The notes beneath the pieces were generated by a model. The model did no database searches. It was not told the DNA's origin and saw only the letters and a program-made list of their open reading frames with translations. From a virus, in the IMG/VR virus record IMGVR_UViG_3300029568_000166, positions 6,360 to 70,359 of that record: 64,000 bases of DNA; one strand, written 5' to 3'. A program made the position numbers and the translations under genes. Shown one piece after another: positions 30,498 through 39,011 of the stretch. Each line of letters opens with the position of its first letter. The stretch's first letter is position 1.

Positions 30498-31548
30498 GTA
30501 GAGAATCTTCATAGTCCTTGAGTCTCTGGTTATTGTTCTTTTCGCTGTACCATGTTTGTTTTCTGCTAGCATTCGAGATGTACATATAGTCTTTTTTAGC
30601 CCACCAAAAACAATTTACCATTTCCATTATGTATGCTTCTATTCTGTGTTTATTGTATTCTCCCAAGAAATCTTTGACAACTTCTCTTTGCACAAAGTCT
30701 TCAATCTTAGCCATGATTTGCTCGCTATCCAAGTAGTTTAGGTATTCCTCAACTATGGATCTATGAGCAATAAAAGTATTACAATAAGGTACTTTGACAT
30801 GATATATCTCAAGGTTTAGTAATTCTTGTAGCTTATTGAATATATTATCGTGACCTTTAATAATTCCTTTGATGATATTTTTCCAAGCACAACAACAGTT
30901 AACATTTGCACAAAATACTAGTTTGTCAGAATTAACCAGGTACTTAGAGTACGGCCAGTTATGAAAGTTATCTATTCTGTTTGGCTCAAATTTATCATTC
31001 CATGATGCGCTCACAAAACCCAGGTATTCTGCATCATTTGAAAAAATACTTCTGTCAATAAAAGCTCTTGACTCGGCCCATTTATTATTCTGATATTTCC
31101 CGCACTTAAGATTGTTTAGGTTTATTTTTTTGAGATAAGGAACACTATCCGTAAAACTAAATTGTTTATCATAATGACCCAAACAAGCTATTTCAACTTT
31201 ATCAAAACCATTATCTGCTTGCTTGTCTTGGTGCTCAAGATGATATATAATTTTTTTGTCTTTTTTGTTCTGATGAACTATCGCCTTTATGCAGTCGTTC
31301 TTATCATTATGTGTGTTGTCCCAATATTCAAACCATTTATAGTCATAACCATGCTTCATAAACTCGTTATATCTCTGAACATCGGACTGAGAATTATGAC
31401 AAATTTCTTTTCTCTGTTTTGTAGTCATGTGTCTACAGTTAAAAATATCGTCAACACTAACGACCTTGTTTAGCACCATGCAGTATCCAACTTGACTACA
31501 ACAACACGCATTGTAAACGTATTCTGGTATTTTCAGAGGAGGTTTCAT
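30481..31548 (-). CDS. Hypothetical protein (355 aa), C-terminal part weakly DUF4422/glycosyltransferase-like
   Basis: YLGFVSASW, CNTFIAHRSIVEEYL and RIEAYIME resemble DUF4422-type blocks; the similarity is weak. Confidence 0.45.
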   Translation of the reverse strand: MKPPLKIPEYVYNACCCSQVGYCMVLNKVVSVDDIFNCRHMTTKQRKEICHNSQSDVQRYNEFMKHGYDYKWFEYWDNTHNDKNDCIKAIVHQNKKDKKIIYHLEHQDKQADNGFDKVEIACLGHYDKQFSFTDSVPYLKKINLNNLKCGKYQNNKWAESRAFIDRSIFSNDAEYLGFVSASWNDKFEPNRIDNFHNWPYSKYLVNSDKLVFCANVNCCCAWKNIIKGIIKGHDNIFNKLQELLNLEIYHVKVPYCNTFIAHRSIVEEYLNYLDSEQIMAKIEDFVQREVVKDFLGEYNKHRIEAYIMEMVNCFWWAKKDYMYISNASRKQTWYSEKNNNQRLKDYEDSLLDNNS

Positions 31549-32270
31549 TTCCAGTTGGACTCGTATCCTAATAGGTCATCTGGGACTACGTCTTTTTGTT
31601 GATACTCTGCAAGTTTACTAGCAGCCTTGACAGCATCATCATACCCCAGATTATACACATTCTTATCCTTATACCCAAACTCCTGTTCCAACATCTTCAT
31701 CACATTCACATCCAGACGCTTACTCATTACATCAATAAAATTCACCTGATTATTGGTAATCTTATCAATGGTATTACCGTCAATCAGATCCTCTATCTCA
31801 CTAGCCACCTCTTCTGCTGCAACAACTTTGCGAAGACGCAATGCTCTGCGCAGGGCACGGCCTTCAGCCCTGGTTTCTGCTACAGCAACCGGGTGGTTTC
31901 GGAAAACCTTGTCACAATTGCCCCAATAAACGTCCGCAGAGCCCGATACAGACCTGGTATCAGTACAAACGTCTGGAACATAGTTAGGTTTAAATACGAG
32001 CGTAAATTCAACGGTCGCTCGCATTTCGTTTTCACGGCTCGGAGATTGAACCACTTTGCTATCCGATTCTATAATCTCACAATTCATAACTCGCTCAAAA
32101 ACTCTACGCAAACCATCAGTAGTAGGATTTCCCATTATCTTTTCATCTTCGGTGAGAAAACTCAAAACATGTTCTGTCCATTCCACATCGTGAATGGTGG
32201 GAACCGCCTTTTCCTCAACAACCGCAACCTCAGTGTTTTCTTCAACCTTCTTCTTTGGGCGAGCCATCAT
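31545..32270 (-). CDS. Putative Rad52/Sak-like single-strand annealing protein
   Basis: ATVEFTL...SVSGSAD...AVAETRAEGRALRRAL pattern, plus a short C-terminal helical domain (ITNNQVNFIDVM...A...L). Confidence 0.45.
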   Translation of the reverse strand: MMARPKKKVEENTEVAVVEEKAVPTIHDVEWTEHVLSFLTEDEKIMGNPTTDGLRRVFERVMNCEIIESDSKVVQSPSRENEMRATVEFTLVFKPNYVPDVCTDTRSVSGSADVYWGNCDKVFRNHPVAVAETRAEGRALRRALRLRKVVAAEEVASEIEDLIDGNTIDKITNNQVNFIDVMSKRLDVNVMKMLEQEFGYKDKNVYNLGYDDAVKAASKLAEYQQKDVVPDDLLGYESNWK

Positions 32271-32271
32271 A

Positions 32272-33057
32272 TTATTCATCTCCTATTTCTAGATAGTTTT
32301 CTTTTCCGGTCTTGATTTCCTCTATTGCTACCAAAAGTCTTTGCAGTACGATGTTTGCTCTGCTCTTGTAAAAATCCTTGGTTTGTTTTATCCTGATCAG
32401 CTTTAGCCCTCTTCCTAAGAGCAATCCAGTTTTCTTGTTATCATAGGCTTGCGCTCGCTTCAAAGCAAGTTCTCCCCAAACAGGACTAAAATGGGACGGA
32501 CCATCAACTTCAATAGCGATATTGTCTTCTGGAAGAAATAAATCAATATGCAATTTTGTGTTACTTAATATTTGTTCTTTATGAGGTTCTACTCTATAAC
32601 CTTGTTCTAGTAGTTCAGAATGCAGGAACTTCTCAAGTTTACTTCCTGTTTTGCTCGTATTTCTTACTGCTTGATTCGCTTTATTAAATCTGTCCTGTTT
32701 TTCGTCTTCAGACAACTTTTCCCAATTCTCTCTGGCTATGATGCTTCGGCGCTCTAGTTCGTTGTTGCTCATAGTTTCCCAGGAATTCATAACACTCATG
32801 CCTATTTTTTCTTTAGTTTCTTCTGATCTTTTTGTGCCCTTGGTTGGATGTTTATGCTTTCCTGTTTGGAGAGCAAGCTTTTGTGCTTCGCTTTTGGTGC
32901 GAATTTTTATTCCGGCTTTTTTAGCATCTCTGCGCACCTTATTTGGGTAGGTATCATACATTTCTGCTATTTCCTGAAAACTTCTATTCTCTTCAACATA
33001 GTGTTTGTGCAAAAGACTAGCTTTTTCACTGTCTGAATATTGATTGTAGTTCTGCAT
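32272..33057 (-). CDS. Free-standing DUF559/Vsr-like endonuclease with HTH and NUMOD3-like motifs
   Basis: HIDLFLPEDNIAIEVDGPSH catalytic motif; KRSEETKEKIG NUMOD3-like motif; N-terminal SFQEIAEMY HTH-like segment. Confidence 0.75.
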   Translation of the reverse strand: MQNYNQYSDSEKASLLHKHYVEENRSFQEIAEMYDTYPNKVRRDAKKAGIKIRTKSEAQKLALQTGKHKHPTKGTKRSEETKEKIGMSVMNSWETMSNNELERRSIIARENWEKLSEDEKQDRFNKANQAVRNTSKTGSKLEKFLHSELLEQGYRVEPHKEQILSNTKLHIDLFLPEDNIAIEVDGPSHFSPVWGELALKRAQAYDNKKTGLLLGRGLKLIRIKQTKDFYKSRANIVLQRLLVAIEEIKTGKENYLEIGDE

Positions 33058-33397
33058 TTTTGGCTTTCCTAATTTTGCTGGTTTTGTCTAAGATGAAAAC
33101 TTCTGTGTTTTCTATCAGGGTAATCTTTGGTAGATTTTCTTTTTCTATGAAAAGTTTTTTTCTTATTTGCTTTACATTTTCTGCTCTTAAATTATAGTCT
33201 TCTTTGCCAATAAAAATTAGCTCATTATCAAATTCTTTCATGATATTATAGAAGTTTACTATGGCATATTTTGAAAAATCTATTTGAGGTAAATATGCGT
33301 CGTCTATGGTAAAAAATATGTTCCTGTCTTTTAAGTGGTCAATTACTTGTTGAACATTCTTCTCGGAATTTTTACTGATGTATATACAGCTAAGCAT
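33026..33397 (-). CDS. Hypothetical protein (123 aa)
   Basis: ORF fills the gap in the - strand gene string; no motif recognised. Confidence 0.55.
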   Translation of the reverse strand: MLSCIYISKNSEKNVQQVIDHLKDRNIFFTIDDAYLPQIDFSKYAIVNFYNIMKEFDNELIFIGKEDYNLRAENVKQIRKKLFIEKENLPKITLIENTEVFILDKTSKIRKAKNAELQSIFRQ

Positions 33398-33415
33398 AAT
33401 TATGTTTTGTCCCTT

Positions 33416-34048
33416 CTAGTGCCTCTTAGTTTTCTTACATTTTTCTGTATTAATTAGAGAAAATTTTGTTCCTTGTTCTTCTATCATCTTGTTTATAATT
33501 TCAAACAGAAAATAGTTTCTATATTCGTGTTGATAGACTATTTTTCTAAATACTTCAATGTGTTTGCGGTCAAGATAATACATATTCATGATATAGTTGG
33601 GCAATTCATAAAATATATGTTCCACATCTCCAAAACCGTTAATGTTACATCCAAGATCATCTACATTGCTGTTAGACGAATATAAATGATTCTTATCAAT
33701 AAAGTTTTTGAAGTTTGATGGCTTTAGTAGAATGTCGCCTCCAACTATAATCGAGCCAGTATCCAGGTAATCTGCAGCACATGCAACCGCACTAGTTTCT
33801 CCTTCTTCTGCAAATTTTTTATTGTAGATTGGCACAAAGTTTTTGAAATTTTTTTCGTATAGATAATTTTCTACTTTTCTATGATCAAAACCATAAACAT
33901 AGTAAATTTTACATTTTGGGAATACTCTTCTTGCCGTAAAAACTTGATTTTCGATTAAACTTCGTTTTTTATTAACGGGTATGCAACCAGGCCAACCTTT
34001 GGTTTTATTCCCTTTTTGAAATTTGTCTGCCAGTATGATTAAATTCAT
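33416..34048 (-). CDS. Degenerate sugar-nucleotidyltransferase-like protein (LicC/NTP_transferase fold)
   Basis: MNLIILA start, SLIENQ, VYGFDHRK, IIVGGDILL. The canonical AAGxGxR loop is replaced by ADKFQKG. Confidence 0.55.
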   Translation of the reverse strand: MNLIILADKFQKGNKTKGWPGCIPVNKKRSLIENQVFTARRVFPKCKIYYVYGFDHRKVENYLYEKNFKNFVPIYNKKFAEEGETSAVACAADYLDTGSIIVGGDILLKPSNFKNFIDKNHLYSSNSNVDDLGCNINGFGDVEHIFYELPNYIMNMYYLDRKHIEVFRKIVYQHEYRNYFLFEIINKMIEEQGTKFSLINTEKCKKTKRH

Positions 34049-34812
34049 ATGATTATATAGTCTTGGTAGTTTGTTATGATATCCGATTTATGGTTTAATG
34101 CAGCCTTATAGACAAACTGATTAAACAAAATAGTTTCTTTAGATTCATTGCTTATTACTGAAAACCGCTTAAACTCAGCATAAACTATTCTATTAGCAGT
34201 ATCTATAATTTTTGCAACATTTGTATAGTCGTTGCCTACAGCCAAGACAAAATTGCAATTTTCTGCGCCGATGTTTATGGATTGATGTACTGTAGTAATC
34301 AAGTTCTGTTCTTTAAGTGCTAATCCTTTAATCTTCCACTTACAACCTATTTTTGACTTGTTCAATACTTTGTAAAAATCTTCAAAAGTATGCTCTTTGT
34401 TTTTAGAATATGTTACAAGCATAATCATTTCGGGCTTGATTTTTGCAGAGCTGATTTCACTGAGCACTGTTTTCAAATCTTCTGGTGTTCGTGACATGCA
34501 ATCTATTACAGCAAGATACTTGAGCTTGATTTTATCATTAACATGTAGTATTTTTTCTTCAATGCTTGCGTTTGACATTTCACGAGCATCAAAATATTTT
34601 TGCTCACGATAGCCAGAGCATTTCTTACCGCTTATTACATAGAAATTTTTGTTTTCGTCATAAGCTTCCAGAACGTCTACCACATCGCTCTTTTGGTACT
34701 TATCAATAAATTCAAGATGGCATCCAGTTTGCGTTTTATCGTCGTATATTGCGAATACGCATTCTTTACACGGAGTATGAATGGGGTGTATAAGTTTTTG
34801 ATCATCCGACAT
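34045..34812 (-). CDS. Hypothetical protein (255 aa)
   Basis: ORF coupled to both neighbours; Cys-containing N-terminus (CKECVFA, GCHL). Confidence 0.55.
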   Translation of the reverse strand: MSDDQKLIHPIHTPCKECVFAIYDDKTQTGCHLEFIDKYQKSDVVDVLEAYDENKNFYVISGKKCSGYREQKYFDAREMSNASIEEKILHVNDKIKLKYLAVIDCMSRTPEDLKTVLSEISSAKIKPEMIMLVTYSKNKEHTFEDFYKVLNKSKIGCKWKIKGLALKEQNLITTVHQSINIGAENCNFVLAVGNDYTNVAKIIDTANRIVYAEFKRFSVISNESKETILFNQFVYKAALNHKSDIITNYQDYIII

Positions 34813-36466
34813 TTAGGAACCTCGTTGAAAATGTTGGGTCTTTAAAATTTGATGATCTTAGGTGTTCAAGACCAGCCTTCCGACGCATATAGCCCTCCAG
34901 AGTTTTTATCACACTGGCAGTGTTAACAGGGACAGGTCTCTTTGAATCAGCAGAGTAGCCAACACTAAGATCTTTTATCAGCTTGTTTATTGGTGCTGTT
35001 TCTAGTAGTTTAGGTTCTTGAATCACTTCATTGAGAATAAACCTAATCAATTCCACACCATTTAATCCTCCAGGCACTTCTTTTTGTGGGTTGAATTCTA
35101 GAGGAAGATTCCAGTCTCTATTCGTGGAGATATCAACACTATCTAGAGCTTCGTCCCAAACTTGCGCCACTTGATCCCAAGAATAATATTTTTCGCAAAG
35201 TTCTCTGGTTCTCCTGCCCATTTTTATTTTTTCTGCATCATCTTTAAACTGATGCCGATACATAATATCTGCCAAAGCATCAGTATCTGGATGTGCTCTG
35301 TTTGCTCCTGTTTCCATTTCTCTAAAGAGTGTTTTGACTGGTACAGGATAGCCCTCTAGATTCCTTACGATTTCTGTCATAGCGCTATAATCTACACTAG
35401 CTATAGGAACTCCACATGCGGCGGCTTCGGCTTGAGGCATACCAAAACCTTCGCATATAGCGATTTGTAAAAATAAATCAAAAGTTTGATAAACCTTTAC
35501 CAAGTCTTGTGTAGTAATGGTGTTGTTGGCGTTAGGAATAAAGCAAGATTCTTTGCCGCATTTAGTGCATTTTGTAGCTCTGTCGTGGAACTTGCTGGCA
35601 TTTACATGCTTACAGGCTAAACAAATATTTGTAAAATATACCTTATCAATAATTCCATGCTCAAGTAGTAGACCAGGAAAATCCCATCCGACCTGTTCTG
35701 GATATGATGTATGCAAGAACAAGCAAGTTCTATCGTAAATGTCTGAATGTCCTTCTGCATCTAGTCTGTCTAGGTATTTTCTGAAAGCAAGAAATATATC
35801 CGGGAAAAGTTTTCTTTTCTGATTACGCATTACTGCGCCAATCACTATCATGTCTTCACGACCAAGAAAATAAGATTTATTATGAGATTTGTCTTGTGCA
35901 GGACGGAATTCGTTGAGGTCAACTCCGGCGTTAGCTATTTTAGGGAAAAGATTTATTGTATTTCCACATTGATTCTGTAGGGTTGTTTTAGCCCATTTAG
36001 TATATGGAATCACTAAGTCCATGTTAGAAAAAGTATATAGCCATTCTGTTTTTTGTGGAGCAGAATCTACCGTGGGCATAACCACCCACTTATAGTAACT
36101 CCGTAGCATACATGTTTCTTGAAAAGAATACATCCAGTAATCTCTCATATCAAAGACGATATCTGGTTTGAAATGACAACAAACAGCATCAAATCTCCAG
36201 GCCCCGAAATTATATGATGGATTTTGCGAATAAGTGTCTACTTCTTTCTTTTCGTCTTCACTGTTACGGTCAGGAGCATTAGGGTAAACCTTCCAAGGAA
36301 AAGCAGACCACCTGGCTTTATCTGCGGTAGTAGCATAACAAGCAAGTTCTGCTATCTCGTATTTGTCAGTTTTATAAAGCCTAGACAAAAGTTCTCTTCC
36401 GTAAACCCCATAGCCAGTCCCAAGATAACTTGCGTCATTAGCGATTAGTATTCTCTTTTTTTGCAT
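34802..36466 (-). CDS. GT-B fold (GT4-like) glycosyltransferase (554 aa)
   Basis: N-terminal TGYGVYG, NQKRKLF, and FDLFLQIAICEGFGMPQAEAAACG (ExFG...E motif). Start reassigned to ATG 36466 after AAGGA. Confidence 0.85.
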   Translation of the reverse strand: MQKKRILIANDASYLGTGYGVYGRELLSRLYKTDKYEIAELACYATTADKARWSAFPWKVYPNAPDRNSEDEKKEVDTYSQNPSYNFGAWRFDAVCCHFKPDIVFDMRDYWMYSFQETCMLRSYYKWVVMPTVDSAPQKTEWLYTFSNMDLVIPYTKWAKTTLQNQCGNTINLFPKIANAGVDLNEFRPAQDKSHNKSYFLGREDMIVIGAVMRNQKRKLFPDIFLAFRKYLDRLDAEGHSDIYDRTCLFLHTSYPEQVGWDFPGLLLEHGIIDKVYFTNICLACKHVNASKFHDRATKCTKCGKESCFIPNANNTITTQDLVKVYQTFDLFLQIAICEGFGMPQAEAAACGVPIASVDYSAMTEIVRNLEGYPVPVKTLFREMETGANRAHPDTDALADIMYRHQFKDDAEKIKMGRRTRELCEKYYSWDQVAQVWDEALDSVDISTNRDWNLPLEFNPQKEVPGGLNGVELIRFILNEVIQEPKLLETAPINKLIKDLSVGYSADSKRPVPVNTASVIKTLEGYMRRKAGLEHLRSSNFKDPTFSTRFLNVG

Positions 36467-36484
36467 CTGTTTCCTTAAAAAATA

Positions 36485-36523
36485 AAAAAAAGGGGGTACG
36501 GCAGACATATCCGCCGCACCCCC
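36485..36523 (-). terminator. Intrinsic terminator after ssb
   Basis: - strand GGGGGTGCGGCGGA-TATG-TCTGCCGTACCCCC (14-bp stem with two G-U pairs) followed by T7. Confidence 0.9.
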
Positions 36524-36528
36524 GTTTA

Positions 36529-36933
36529 TTAAAACGCGACGGTCTCTTCAATAGATTCCGATTCTGGAGTAGAAGTATCTTCTGATGCCTTCTTTGCTCC
36601 GGGAGTTCCTTGTCCTTTAACAATAGGGGCAAAGTTGTTTACTCTAACCTTCATCGTAGAGTGCTTTACTCCGTCCTTCTCCCATGAATCATTTCGCAGA
36701 GAACCCTCTACCATAACAAGATCACCCTTCTTAAGAGTGTTAGAAACTGCTACAGCACCGGTGTCCCACGCTTCACAAACAATAAAAGAGGTAGTCTTAT
36801 CTCGTGTTCCATCGGCACGAGTAAACTCACGAGAAGTAGCAACCGTGAAATTTACTACCGCCGTCTTATTCTGACCCACAACACGAAGTTCAGGATCACG
36901 AGCCAAGTTACCACGCAAAACAACTAGATTCAT
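36529..36933 (-). CDS. ssb: Single-stranded DNA-binding protein
   Basis: MNLVVLRGNLARDPELR, VNFTVAT, KKGDLVMVEGSL, acidic tail ending in F. Confidence 0.95.
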   Translation of the reverse strand: MNLVVLRGNLARDPELRVVGQNKTAVVNFTVATSREFTRADGTRDKTTSFIVCEAWDTGAVAVSNTLKKGDLVMVEGSLRNDSWEKDGVKHSTMKVRVNNFAPIVKGQGTPGAKKASEDTSTPESESIEETVAF

Positions 36934-36990
36934 AAAAATCTCCTTTACTAAAATCCAAAACCAAACCCAGGAACACCCTGGACGTAATCT

Positions 36991-37019
36991 ATTATAGCCG
37001 GTTGGATCGGGTGTGTCAA
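36991..37019 (-). promoter_or_regulatory. Sigma70-type promoter TTGACA-N17-TATAAT for ssb
   Basis: Perfect consensus; the -35 box overlaps the dnaE-C stop codon. Confidence 0.85.
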
Positions 37020-38131
37020 GTCCGAGCGATGTAACTTTTTTCCACGATCAGACTATCCTTGCCTCGGGACCGATTTCCGGCCACGATGATAATATTGCCA
37101 TCAAATAAAATGTTCTTATATTCTCTGTATTGATCTGGAAAGAAAATCACAGACTCAACAGTTCCAGTGGTATCTCTAATAGTGACGAAAGCCATTTCTG
37201 CACCAGGATTTTTACCCTGCTTAGTTTTCACAATACCGATACGATCAATCTCTCCACCCAGAATAATCTTCTCTTTCTTGTCTTCTGTATTGAACTCTTT
37301 GCAAGTGGTATTACACATACTAATGTCGTACATATCAACTTTACCACAAGTAATAGCACAACCCAAAAGAGCATCTTCAGAATCTGCAATCCACTCTGGA
37401 CTATCCTCTAACGAATAGGGAGGCCTCTCAAGACTAGAGATAAGATCAGAAATAATAGCTTTTCTATTCTTATTAGCTTTCCCATTTTCTATCAGATACT
37501 CCAGGCTATCCTTCAGAGTTTCCTGTTTATTTTCTATAACAAACTTTAGTTCTTTCTTGGTGAGACTTGATACAACGCCGAACTCAAACATCATTAGATT
37601 TCTTGTTTTTCTCAGATAGGCCAACGCACCTGACTGCATCAAAGCCTTGGCACCAGTAGAGTTGATGTTAGGCAAAATCTTGAGCAGAACATCCGTCCAC
37701 TCGGCATTGTCTAAATCAAAATCTTCCACAAGTTTTATCAACTTATCAAATACTGATCCTCCAACTCCTTTAATGTCGGTAAGACCGAAATAGACCTTGT
37801 TATTTTTGAGTATAAAGTGACGGTTTAAGTTTCTTATGTCTGGAGGCCGAATGTCTATATTCATCTCTAAAGCGTTCTGAACCAACTCCTTGATCTCCAT
37901 CTGAGGATCAATCTTGTCCTTGGCAAATCTGAGATAACTAGCAAAAAATACTTTTGGGAAATGGGCTTTGGCGAATGCTGAAAGGTAGCCGTTGATAGCA
38001 TACGACACAGAGTGTGAGTTCGATGTTGCTATGCCATTTGCGTAAAAAAGATGTTCTGAACTGTTTACTTCAATGTCTTTTGTGGGTCTTATACCAACTT
38101 TACTAACTCTTCTAACTTTTGCTCCACGCAT
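37016..38131 (-). CDS. dnaE: DNA polymerase III alpha, C-terminal piece (fingers/HhH/OB) preceded by split-intein C fragment
   Basis: IntC ...HLFYANGIATSN is followed by SHSVSY, then YFGLTDIKGVG (HhH) and OB-fold MAFVTIRDTTGTVESVIF. AGGAG RBS present. Confidence 0.9.
   Translation of the reverse strand: MRGAKVRRVSKVGIRPTKDIEVNSSEHLFYANGIATSNSHSVSYAINGYLSAFAKAHFPKVFFASYLRFAKDKIDPQMEIKELVQNALEMNIDIRPPDIRNLNRHFILKNNKVYFGLTDIKGVGGSVFDKLIKLVEDFDLDNAEWTDVLLKILPNINSTGAKALMQSGALAYLRKTRNLMMFEFGVVSSLTKKELKFVIENKQETLKDSLEYLIENGKANKNRKAIISDLISSLERPPYSLEDSPEWIADSEDALLGCAITCGKVDMYDISMCNTTCKEFNTEDKKEKIILGGEIDRIGIVKTKQGKNPGAEMAFVTIRDTTGTVESVIFFPDQYREYKNILFDGNIIIVAGNRSRGKDSLIVEKSYIART
38018..38131 (-). mobile_element. 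Split intein C-fragment (IntC, 38 aa)
   Basis: MRGAKVRRVSKVGIRPTKDIEVNSSEHLFYANGIATSN: block F (DIEV...HLFYANG), terminal Asn, +1 Ser. Confidence 0.92.
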
Positions 38132-38979
38132 TCTGTGTCTCCTAAAATGTCGCTTTCCCAGAACCTTATTAGTTTGTATTTATTTTCTTCGCAAAACTTG
38201 TTCTTTTTGATGTCTCTGTAATAGTTTATTTTTTGCGACTTTGTTTTTGGCCCGTTTGGATAGATTTTTGGGTTACTGTGCCAGTAGTCGCCATCTACTT
38301 CTATTAGTATGTTAGCGTCTGTACAACAAAAGTCAAACGCCCAAGAACCGAGAACATACTCTTTTTTGTATCGTATTTTTTTCTTTTTGAGTATTCTTTC
38401 CATTGTTCTTGATGGTAGAGTATCTATCTGCGGAAAGTCGCCGTTTTTTATTCTTTCTAAAGTTTTTTGTCTCATGAGTTCTTTCGACTCTTCAGAATGC
38501 TTGTGTCCTGTATGCCCATGAACTTTTCTTTTTTTAGCAGAGTTGCTCTGTTTGAGTTTTGTTTCGTCGCTGATGTCTCTGCCAGTTTGTATCTCTGACA
38601 TTTTTTTGCCGTAGTCAGAGTTGGTTTTATTCACACCAAGGTTCCACGGCTTCTTTTTATACATTGGGTTTCCTGGTCCTTTTCTTTCTGTTTTTGCTTT
38701 TTTAGACCATTCAACTATTCCGGTGTTTCTCCCACAAGCAAACTTACTCCATCTAAAAACAGTTCCTTTTTTTACTACTCTCAACGCTTTTTGGCATTGC
38801 CCACAAGGGCAAACCGGACCCTGGCCAAAGTATTCTTCTTTAGTCATGTTATGTTGTTTTTTTAGATGGGATAAAAAATAGTCAGTTTTATAACAGCCAA
38901 GTTTCTTCTCTTCTTGACTTATTTCTTCTATTGTTTTTCCGCAGTGTCGGCAAACCGAAAAGTCCAGTGTTGTATCCAT
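38089..38979 (-). CDS. Free-standing Vsr-like/DUF559 (EDxHD-type) homing endonuclease with NUMOD3-like repeats
   Basis: FDFCCTDANILIEVDGDYWH catalytic motif; GHKHSEESKELM and DISDETKLKQS NUMOD3-like segments; N-terminal Cys/His clusters. Start taken at ATG 38979 (AGGAG RBS); 39009 is the alternative. Confidence 0.85.
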   Translation of the reverse strand: MDTTLDFSVCRHCGKTIEEISQEEKKLGCYKTDYFLSHLKKQHNMTKEEYFGQGPVCPCGQCQKALRVVKKGTVFRWSKFACGRNTGIVEWSKKAKTERKGPGNPMYKKKPWNLGVNKTNSDYGKKMSEIQTGRDISDETKLKQSNSAKKRKVHGHTGHKHSEESKELMRQKTLERIKNGDFPQIDTLPSRTMERILKKKKIRYKKEYVLGSWAFDFCCTDANILIEVDGDYWHSNPKIYPNGPKTKSQKINYYRDIKKNKFCEENKYKLIRFWESDILGDTECVEQKLEELVKLV

Positions 38980-39011
38980 TTGTATGTCTCCTATTGGAAT
39001 AGATGTCATAC

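Noticed and set aside
31596-32315. 239-aa + strand ORF
   Set aside because: It lies wholly antisense to the Rad52-like gene, has an Ile/His/Phe-rich shadow composition and no motif.
38089-38979. Group I intron hosting the endonuclease
   Set aside because: The flanks encode protein-splicing motifs and a separate RBS/ATG for IntC. The gaps leave no room for a ribozyme core.
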